A DNA stretch of 41,780 bases from a virus (Duplodnaviria > Caudoviricetes), in the IMG/VR virus record IMGVR_UViG_3300022407_003708, positions 1 through 41,780 of that record; one strand, written 5' to 3'. The position numbers and the translations under genes are program-made. Below, piece by piece: positions 27,534 through 34,159 of the stretch; position 1 is the stretch's first letter, and every line of letters begins with the position of its first letter. The notes beneath the pieces were generated by a model. That model worked only from the letters and a program-made list of their open reading frames with translations, was not told the DNA's origin and did no database searches.

Positions 27534-28295
27534 ATGAAAGATAACGATTTTTCCGGCCACGCACGGGCTGTTTCCCTCAACGCCGACCGCGCCATGCGTG
27601 TCTACATCGCTGGGCCGATGACTGGCCTACCTGAATTCAATTTCCCGGCGTTTAACGCCATGGCTGCGGTTTTGCGGGCCGATGGTTGGCACGTTGAAAA
27701 CCCGGCTGAACACGGGCACGTCGACGGCGCCGAGTGGGCCGACTATCTGCGCTACGACATCAGCCGGCTTTCCACCTGTTCGGCCATGATGCTTTTGCCT
27801 GGGTGGTCATCCTCACGCGGTGCGCGCCTGGAAGTGTCGATAGCCAAAGAGCTTGGGCATGAGCTGCTGTTTGCGGTGGGCGCCGAGCCGCTGACCGATC
27901 CCCAGCCCCAAGGCGAGCCGGTGGCGATAGTGGTAGAGCAGACGCACAACTACGGCAGTTACCTGGTTTTTGGCAGTTCCATTCCTGGTGTTCAGCAGCC
28001 AGTGCCAGTGATTGAGCGGAAAGCCCACTTGCTTGACCAGTCATTGCCGACTGGAACAAAGCTCTACGCCGAGCAGCCCGCGCCGGTAGCGGTGCTGTCA
28101 GGCGGCCAGCGCGCGGGCAAGGCGCACCTGGCTGGGCTGCTGGAATCCCTGGCGAAACAGGTGTATCAGTCTTGGGAAAGCCAGCCAGGGTTTGCGCCCT
28201 GGGTCGACGGCGGCAACAGCTTGAAGCAAGACGAGGCGCGGCAGATCGCGAGCCGCACGTTTGAACTGGCCTTGGCCAACCGGGTGGGAGATTGA
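27534..28295 (+). CDS. DUF4406 / nucleoside-deoxyribosyltransferase-like domain protein
   Basis: 'RVYIAGPMTGLPEFNFPAF', 'NPAE' and 'LPGWSSSRGARLE'. Confidence 0.8.
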   Translation: MKDNDFSGHARAVSLNADRAMRVYIAGPMTGLPEFNFPAFNAMAAVLRADGWHVENPAEHGHVDGAEWADYLRYDISRLSTCSAMMLLPGWSSSRGARLEVSIAKELGHELLFAVGAEPLTDPQPQGEPVAIVVEQTHNYGSYLVFGSSIPGVQQPVPVIERKAHLLDQSLPTGTKLYAEQPAPVAVLSGGQRAGKAHLAGLLESLAKQVYQSWESQPGFAPWVDGGNSLKQDEARQIASRTFELALANRVGD

Positions 28296-28297
28296 TC

Positions 28298-28384
28298 ATG
28301 CTCGCAGCAATCGCAAGTGGTGTGGTGTTCGTCCTGGTGATCGGCGGCTTGATGCTGGCGATAGACGCGGGGTGGATCAAGTGA
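28298..28384 (+). CDS. 28-aa membrane peptide
   Basis: GGGAG SD; MLAAIASGVVFVLVIGGLMLAIDAGWIK; GTGA-coupled to the next gene. Confidence 0.55.
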   Translation: MLAAIASGVVFVLVIGGLMLAIDAGWIK

Positions 28385-28638
28385 GCAATATTCACGTAAT
28401 GCCCGGTGGCACTGTTCCACCCGGTGAGCCTGTCAAAGGCGCTGTTGAGCTGCTGGAAAACTTGCTGATCAAGGCCAAGTCTGGCGAGCTGCGGGCGGTG
28501 GCGGTGTCCTACATGCTGGGCGAACGCCGAATCGTCACCGACTGGCACAGCGACACGGACTATTTTGCACTGATCGGCGGCGTTGGCTGGCTGCATCACA
28601 GGATGCTTGAGGGGAGCAAAGTCGAACCGATTGAATGA
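28381..28638 (+). CDS. Hypothetical protein (85 aa)
   Basis: GTG start; 'VELLENLLIKAKSGELRAVAV'. Confidence 0.7.
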   Translation: MSNIHVMPGGTVPPGEPVKGAVELLENLLIKAKSGELRAVAVSYMLGERRIVTDWHSDTDYFALIGGVGWLHHRMLEGSKVEPIE

Positions 28639-28667
28639 TTGTTGCACTTGCATTATTGGGCTAAACT
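28639..28667 (+). promoter_or_regulatory. Candidate internal promoter with a TGCACTTGCA box
   Basis: TTGTTG-17 bp-TAAACT; box at 28643-28652. Confidence 0.5.
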
Positions 28668-28721
28668 ACCCGGGCGCCGCGCTGACCAGCAGGCGCCTTT
28701 TCACTTCCTGGAGTACGACCG

Positions 28722-29156
28722 ATGAGCAACAAACCGAAGTGTCCCGTCTTTGGCTGCACCATTCCGCGCGGTATCCCTCATGAGCATCCGGCCGGAACGT
28801 ACATGGTGATGCGCGATCCTGTTGCACCATTGAGCAGGCACGAGCGAGCGCACATCAAGGCGCTTGCTGATGCGCTCCAGCATGGCACCGGCTCTACGCT
28901 TGACGGCGAATACACCTCCATTTTGCGTGACGTGTACGCGGTGCCTGCTGACGCCAAGATCCACGGCGGCCGCAAGTTGACCCAGGCATTGCTCGAGGCT
29001 GGCCGCATTCGCCGCGAAACCGCTGACTTGGGTGTGGTGTTCGATGAGGCACCAGCACCGCGCCGCTCGTTCGTCAGCACCACCGCCCGCGTGGCCTTCT
29101 GGATTGTGGTGGTCGCCATCGTTGGAATCTGGATCTTTGCGGGGGTGAAGTCGTGA
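28722..29156 (+). CDS. Hypothetical protein with a C-terminal TM
   Basis: CTGGAG SD; hydrophobic C-terminus. Confidence 0.75.
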   Translation: MSNKPKCPVFGCTIPRGIPHEHPAGTYMVMRDPVAPLSRHERAHIKALADALQHGTGSTLDGEYTSILRDVYAVPADAKIHGGRKLTQALLEAGRIRRETADLGVVFDEAPAPRRSFVSTTARVAFWIVVVAIVGIWIFAGVKS

Positions 29157-29380
29157 CCACGTTCAGCATTGAATATCGGCGCGAGGATTACACCCTGGCC
29201 GACTGCATGCGCCCTGATCCCAAGTGGGGCAAGAAGGGGTTCACGGTTCGCTCCGAAGACTTGGGCACCGAGGACATCAACGAGGTGGTGAAGGCTGCCA
29301 AGCATCGCGACTCTGTTCCGAAGGGCTACAAGCTGTTCGCTGTTTGGAACGTGCAGACCGGTGAAAAGGTGATCGCATGA
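29153..29380 (+). CDS. Hypothetical protein (75 aa)
   Basis: GTGA and ATGA coupling at its two ends. Confidence 0.7.
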   Translation: MTTFSIEYRREDYTLADCMRPDPKWGKKGFTVRSEDLGTEDINEVVKAAKHRDSVPKGYKLFAVWNVQTGEKVIA

Positions 29381-29832
29381 CCGCCCTCATCAAGCACCAG
29401 AAACAGCCGTGCCCCACCAGCTGCATGTCGACGTGCGTGGCCATGGTCGCCGGCCTGCCAGCTGGAACAGTGCGCCGCCTGATGCACGACCGCTACCACA
29501 AGGGCCTGATCAACCTTAGCGATATGCTGAACGAGCTGGGCATTCCCTACACCTCGTTTGATTCCGCGCAGGATGACAACGCCAGGCTCGACATGGTGGG
29601 CGCTTACTTCTGCACGATGCCCTCACTGAACACGGACGGCGGCCAGCACGCGGTGGTGATCGAGGTGACGGCCACGACCTGGCATGTACTCGACCCGAAC
29701 CGGGGTAAGTTGGGGCGCCGACGCCATTACATCAAGCGCGGCAAGCGTGCGCGCAAAGGCGTGGAGCTGGGCGGCTACACCGTGAACGCCTACGTCTGCT
29801 ACAGCTGGTTGAGGGATCGCAAGCATGTGTGA
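29377..29832 (+). CDS. Peptidase C39-like cysteine protease
   Basis: 'QKQ...TSCMSTCVAMV', 'QHAVVI' and 'VLDP' give a Gln/Cys-His-Asp arrangement. Confidence 0.65.
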   Translation: MTALIKHQKQPCPTSCMSTCVAMVAGLPAGTVRRLMHDRYHKGLINLSDMLNELGIPYTSFDSAQDDNARLDMVGAYFCTMPSLNTDGGQHAVVIEVTATTWHVLDPNRGKLGRRRHYIKRGKRARKGVELGGYTVNAYVCYSWLRDRKHV

Positions 29833-29923
29833 AGTCGATGCGTTCTACCCATTCGTTGCATTTGGGGTTGGCCTGATGGCTGGCCTCGTCTGCGCTATTG
29901 CCGTCGCTGTGTGGGGTGACTGA
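29825..29923 (+). CDS. 32-aa membrane peptide
   Basis: MCEVDAFYPFVAFGVGLMAGLVCAIAVAVWGD; TGATG-coupled to rusA. Confidence 0.5.
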   Translation: MCEVDAFYPFVAFGVGLMAGLVCAIAVAVWGD

Positions 29924-30570
29924 TGAGCGAACAACTACTGGCTGACCGTGACTTTCTCGAAAGCCTGCTGGATGAACTCCATGGCGGGGCATACGATAGG
30001 CTGCGCGCCTTCCTCGATGGACCCACGCCCGACCTGATCCCGCCGCGCACCATCGACCTGATGGACCAGATGGTGGTGATCGTCCTGGAGGGTGACCCGT
30101 TCGGCAAGCAGCGCCCGCGATTCGTCAACATGGGCACGTTCGTGCGCACCTACACCGAAAAGAAAACCGCCGACTATGAGCAGCTGGTGCAAGAGGAGGT
30201 GTTGCGCCTGATCGGCGGCGACGTCTTGGTGCACAACACCAAGCAGCTCAAGCGGGACACGTTCATCCAGTCGTACCTGGACATGGGCGGCAAGCCGATG
30301 TTTACGTGCCCGGTGCGCCTGGAAATGGAGATTCGCCACCCCATCCGCGTATCCTGGAACAAGGCCAAGACGGCCGGCGCGCTCAATGGCGACATCGCCG
30401 CCACGGTTAAGCCCGATCTGGATAACGTCCTGAAAATCTGGTGCGATGCCTTCAACGGCTGCATGTGGAAGGACGACACACAGGTGATTCGGTGCGTTGT
30501 GGATAAGTTGTTCGCCGAGGAACCGAGCGTGCTTGTGAGAGTGATACCGCTGGACCTGATCAACGCTTGA
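29923..30570 (+). CDS. rusA: RusA-family Holliday junction resolvase
   Basis: 'GDPFGKQRPRF', 'KPDLDNVLK...DA.NG..WKDDTQV'. Confidence 0.92.
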   Translation: MSEQLLADRDFLESLLDELHGGAYDRLRAFLDGPTPDLIPPRTIDLMDQMVVIVLEGDPFGKQRPRFVNMGTFVRTYTEKKTADYEQLVQEEVLRLIGGDVLVHNTKQLKRDTFIQSYLDMGGKPMFTCPVRLEMEIRHPIRVSWNKAKTAGALNGDIAATVKPDLDNVLKIWCDAFNGCMWKDDTQVIRCVVDKLFAEEPSVLVRVIPLDLINA

Positions 30571-30604
30571 CCCAACCCAACGCAACACCACCGAGGCTAC
30601 GACG

Positions 30605-30862
30605 ATGACTGACTTCAAAACCCGTTTGCAGCAAGAGCGCGACACCCTGGCCACCAACCTGGAGAAACTGAAAACCTTCTTGAGCGGCGACCTTGTGAAG
30701 CCATTGAGCGACCGCGCCAAGGGCCTGTTGGTGCGCCAGCAGTACGCCCAGCAAGACCTGTTGTACATCCTGGACCAGCGTCTGGTGCTGCTGGACGTCG
30801 AAGCCGAGGCCGCCGCAGCGGCTGAACGAGCGGCCTTGCAAGAACAACAAGCAGTCGAGTAG
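30605..30862 (+). CDS. Hypothetical coiled protein (crAss001_48-like)
   Basis: 'FKTRLQQERDTL..NLEKLKTFL...LL.RQ..A...L..IL.QR' pattern; GAGG SD. Confidence 0.7.
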   Translation: MTDFKTRLQQERDTLATNLEKLKTFLSGDLVKPLSDRAKGLLVRQQYAQQDLLYILDQRLVLLDVEAEAAAAAERAALQEQQAVE

Positions 30863-30953
30863 CATCAGCCCCGCAGCCTTTCCGGTTTGGTCACCGGCCC
30901 GAGTCTTCACGGCCTCGTACTCCAGGTTGCCGCCCCGCAAGGGGCATTCATTT

Positions 30954-31029
30954 TGCGGGGTAGCTCAGTTGGTAGAGCGGTGGGCCCATACCCCACATGT
31001 CGGTGGTTCAAATCCACTCCCCGCAACCA
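30954..31029 (+). tRNA. tRNA-Met(CAU), initiator-like, with encoded CCA
   Basis: 76-nt cloverleaf: acceptor TGCGGGG/CCCCGCA, D stem GCTC/GAGC, anticodon stem GTGGG/CCCAC with loop CC-CAT-AC, T arm GGTGG-TTCAAAT-CCACT, then ACCA. Confidence 0.93.
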
Positions 31030-31032
31030 AAT

Positions 31033-31262
31033 TGCCGCCATCGGTTGTTATCGAGCTACGGCATATCCCCAGCGTGAACGGCATGGCCTGCGCTGGCCCA
31101 GTATCAACCAACGCCGCGCACGAGCAAGGATGCTCACCCTGCGCAAGATGATGCCCACGGACGATAAGGCCGTTAGTCGTTAGGAATGCTGGGGCAGTAC
31201 CAGCAACGTCGCGGGGTGCATAGAGTAAGTGGTGCGATACCACGCCTGCCGCGAATCATCTT
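31033..31262 (+). ncRNA. Candidate structured non-coding RNA downstream of the tRNA
   Basis: Dense nested helices including an 8-bp closing stem and two T-loop-like hairpins; no convincing ORF; followed by a terminator. Confidence 0.5.
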
Positions 31263-31278
31263 CGAATACGGAAGTTCA

Positions 31279-31307
31279 GGCCCAGCCCCCCAAAGCTGGG
31301 CTTTTTT
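31279..31307 (+). terminator. Intrinsic terminator
   Basis: GGCCCAGC-CCCCAAA-GCTGGGCT-TTTTT. Confidence 0.88.
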
Positions 31308-31439
31308 GTGTCCGCCGTATAGGCTTTCACCAGGGCCGGCGTAGATTGGCCCCGCCTGCCACCACTCACACACGACCTACAATCACTGACGAAAGAGGTC
31401 TTATCAATGATTCGCACACATGCCCACAGAGGCCAACCC

Positions 31440-31754
31440 ATGGGATTTTCAGAAGCGGCTACCGCGTTGCTGATCAAGTACGGCCTGTTCATTGCCAGTC
31501 TCGTAGGCTCAATCCTGTCACTGTCGCTTCTGCGGCCGCTGACTCGACAGCAAGCGGCCTGGGCAGTTGCAACGGGGTTCTTTACCGCGATCTTTACCAC
31601 TGACCTGGTTGTGGCCTACTTCGGGCTCCCGGCCGCTGGCGACTCCCGCAACGGCGTTGCCTATCTCATCGGGTTGTTTGCCATGAACCTGATCCCCCTT
31701 GGCAAGAAGATTGCCCAGGCCCTCACACGCAATTACCTCAAAGGTGCCGAATGA
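31440..31754 (+). CDS. Putative holin-like 3-TM membrane protein
   Basis: Three hydrophobic segments and a basic C-terminus; in the lambdoid holin position upstream of terminase. Confidence 0.65.
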   Translation: MGFSEAATALLIKYGLFIASLVGSILSLSLLRPLTRQQAAWAVATGFFTAIFTTDLVVAYFGLPAAGDSRNGVAYLIGLFAMNLIPLGKKIAQALTRNYLKGAE

Positions 31755-32035
31755 TGATCATCAAATACAAGGCCAAGCCGCCGCTTGTGCAGGGCGTTGA
31801 CGTGACATCGATCGGCAACCAAGCCGGCGAGATTGCAGCCATGATCAACGCGCAGAGCTTCAACGTGAACGTCGGCGCCGGTAGTGCTGATTTCATCCTG
31901 ACCAACCAGACCGTGACCGTGAAGAACGGGCAAGTGGTAACCCTCCAACACGACACCCTCACCCAAAGCGATACCGTGGTGGTCTACAACCAAGCCGACT
32001 TCCTGGCCGCGTTCGAACCTTATGGGGAGCTGTAA
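31751..32035 (+). CDS. Hypothetical protein (94 aa)
   Basis: ATGA-coupled; 'KYKAKP..V.G...DFLAAFEP'. Confidence 0.7.
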   Translation: MMIIKYKAKPPLVQGVDVTSIGNQAGEIAAMINAQSFNVNVGAGSADFILTNQTVTVKNGQVVTLQHDTLTQSDTVVVYNQADFLAAFEPYGEL

Positions 32036-32088
32036 CGGAAAACAGCCCAACTGATGCATAAATTGCCCTGGTTGGTGCATAAAACCTC

Positions 32089-32115
32089 AAGCCCGTTACG
32101 TTTACGGGCTTTTTT
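32089..32115 (+). terminator. Intrinsic terminator
   Basis: AAGCCCGT-TACGTTT-ACGGGCTT-TTTT. Confidence 0.85.
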
Positions 32116-32174
32116 GTGGCTGTTTGGTTCGTTGGCGTATGCTTGCCGCTGACCATCCCGATAGAGCAACAGAC

Positions 32175-32714
32175 ATGGCACGAAAGACACTTTGGAATGA
32201 CGACATGGCCGGGTTCGCCAAAGACCTGTGCCTACTCGGCGCCACCGACCAGGACCTGGCCAAGCACTTCGAAGTGTCGCTGGCCACGATTAACAACTGG
32301 AAAAAGAAGCACCTTGCGTTCCGGCTGGCCATCAAGGCCGGCAAGTTCGTGGCCGACGCCCAGGTGGCGGGAGCCCTGTTCCAGCGCGCCAAAGGCTGGA
32401 GCTGTGAGGAAACCGATATTCGGGTGATCGACAAGAAGGTCGTTGTCACCAAGTACACCAAGCATTACCCGCCAGATACCGGCGCCGCCATTTACATCCT
32501 GAACAACCGTCAAAAGGAACTGTGGCGTTCGCACCAGGTGTTCGAACACGCGGGCAAGATCGCTACCGACCAGCTCACAGACGCCCAGCTCGACGCGAAG
32601 GCCCAGGCATTGCTCGCCCTGGTCACCAAACTGTCGGCCGAATCCGGCACGTTGCCCGGTCGGTCGCATGAGGGCGAGAACCTGGCCGCTGAACTTCCTG
32701 GTACCGACACATGA
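32175..32714 (+). CDS. terS: Terminase small subunit
   Basis: HTH 'CLLGATDQDLAKHFEVS.ATINNWK', 'ADAQVAGALFQRAKG' and 'PPDTGAAIYILNNR'; coupled to terL. Confidence 0.88.
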   Translation: MARKTLWNDDMAGFAKDLCLLGATDQDLAKHFEVSLATINNWKKKHLAFRLAIKAGKFVADAQVAGALFQRAKGWSCEETDIRVIDKKVVVTKYTKHYPPDTGAAIYILNNRQKELWRSHQVFEHAGKIATDQLTDAQLDAKAQALLALVTKLSAESGTLPGRSHEGENLAAELPGTDT

Positions 32715-34153
32715 ACGTCGACGATCTGCGGGCTCAGAAAATTGAACTGATCGAAGTCCTGGAGGAACAGGCCCGCAGGTTCCGGCGCCGACGAATGGCC
32801 AACTTCAAGCCATACCCATGGCAACAGAAGGTGTTCAGGTCGGGCGCGAAGAACAAACAGCGCCTGCTGATGGCCGCCAACCGGGTGGGCAAGACCTACA
32901 GCGCGGCTATCGAGGTCGCGTTTCACGTCACCGGTCGGTACCCGGACTGGTGGGAGGGCTACCGGTTTCAGGGGCCGATTACCTGCTGGGCCCTGGGCGT
33001 TACCGGCGAACAGATCCGCGACGTGGTGCAGAAAGCGTTGTTCGGGGAGTTCGACGAGTCGGGCCCGGACGGCACGGGCTCTATTCCGTATGAGGACATC
33101 GCCGGATTCATCCGCTCCAGCCAGACGAAAGACCTGTTGAAAGACGTGCAGGTGCGGCACCAGTCCGGCGGCATGTCGAAAGTGTCACTCAAGGCCTACA
33201 GCCAGGGCCAGAACCCGCTGATGGGTGATTCCATCGACCTGATCTGGATCGATGAGGAGCCAGTCGACCCGCTGATTTACCCGCAATGCCTGATCCGTAC
33301 CGCGACCGGTGACCAGGGCCGAGGCGGTATCGTGCTGCTGACCTTCACCCCTGAAAACGGCATGACGTCGCTCGTCGCGCAGTTCACGGAAAGCCTCCAG
33401 CCAGGTCAAGACCTGCTGAACGTGACGTGGGACGACGCGCCCCACCTGACCAAAGAGGTCAAGGAACAGATCCTGGCTGCCATCCCGGCCTATCAGCGGA
33501 AAATGCGCTCGCAGGGCATCCCAGTAATGGGGTCGGGCCTTATCTTCACAGTCGAAGATGAGGAAATCATGTGCGACCCGTTCCAGATCCCCGCGCACTG
33601 GACAATCATCAACGGGTGCGACTTCGGGTGGGATCACCCCCAGGCCCACGTCCAGCTGGCTTGGGACCGGGACGCCGATGTGTTCTACGTGATCAACGCT
33701 TGGCGCAAGGCTGAACAGGATGCGGTCCAGGCATGGACGGCGGTCAAGCGCTGGGCCGCGCACTTCCCCGTGGCTTGGCCACACGACGGGCTCCAGCACG
33801 AAAAGGGCGGCGGCGAAGTGTTGAAGAACCAATACAAGGCCGCGGGCTTCAACATGCTGCCCGCACACGCAACGTGGCCAATGGGTGGTAACAGCGTGGA
33901 GGCCGGCGTGCGCGAGATTGGCGACCGGATGTTGAACGGCACGTTCAAGGTGTTCAAAAACCTGTCCGAAGTGTTCGAAGAAAAGCGCCTGTATCACCGC
34001 GACAAGAAGGGCCACATTGTGAAACTGCGCGACGACCTGTTATCAGCGATACGCTATGCCTACATGATGGCGCGTTTCTCGGTGCCCAACGTGGGCCAGA
34101 AGCCACGCCAGAACGCCATCGTTCCGACTCAAACCAACCATTGGGGAAGGTAA
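32711..34153 (+). CDS. terL: Terminase large subunit (P22-like)
   Basis: 'AANRVGKT', 'WIDEEP', 'TFTPENG', 'DFGWDHP' and 'DDLLSAIRY'. Confidence 0.96.
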   Translation: MNVDDLRAQKIELIEVLEEQARRFRRRRMANFKPYPWQQKVFRSGAKNKQRLLMAANRVGKTYSAAIEVAFHVTGRYPDWWEGYRFQGPITCWALGVTGEQIRDVVQKALFGEFDESGPDGTGSIPYEDIAGFIRSSQTKDLLKDVQVRHQSGGMSKVSLKAYSQGQNPLMGDSIDLIWIDEEPVDPLIYPQCLIRTATGDQGRGGIVLLTFTPENGMTSLVAQFTESLQPGQDLLNVTWDDAPHLTKEVKEQILAAIPAYQRKMRSQGIPVMGSGLIFTVEDEEIMCDPFQIPAHWTIINGCDFGWDHPQAHVQLAWDRDADVFYVINAWRKAEQDAVQAWTAVKRWAAHFPVAWPHDGLQHEKGGGEVLKNQYKAAGFNMLPAHATWPMGGNSVEAGVREIGDRMLNGTFKVFKNLSEVFEEKRLYHRDKKGHIVKLRDDLLSAIRYAYMMARFSVPNVGQKPRQNAIVPTQTNHWGR

Positions 34154-34159
34154 CCCGCT

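Noticed and set aside
30954-31029. tRNA as an attP site
   Set aside because: No integrase was found, and the tRNA is full length and diverges from typical host tRNAfMet.
31030-31110. Theta/HDV-like ribozyme directly after the tRNA
   Set aside because: P1/P2/P4-like pairings exist, but there is no room for a proper P3/L3 and no canonical J4/2 catalytic segment. Kept only as part of the generic ncRNA candidate.
30887-31373. Short ORFs across the tRNA/ncRNA tract
   Set aside because: They overlap the tRNA and terminator, lack SD sequences and have atypical composition.
31380-31415. Hammerhead core (CTGACGA)
   Set aside because: No stem II followed by GAAA and no stem III; it is a simple hairpin at best.
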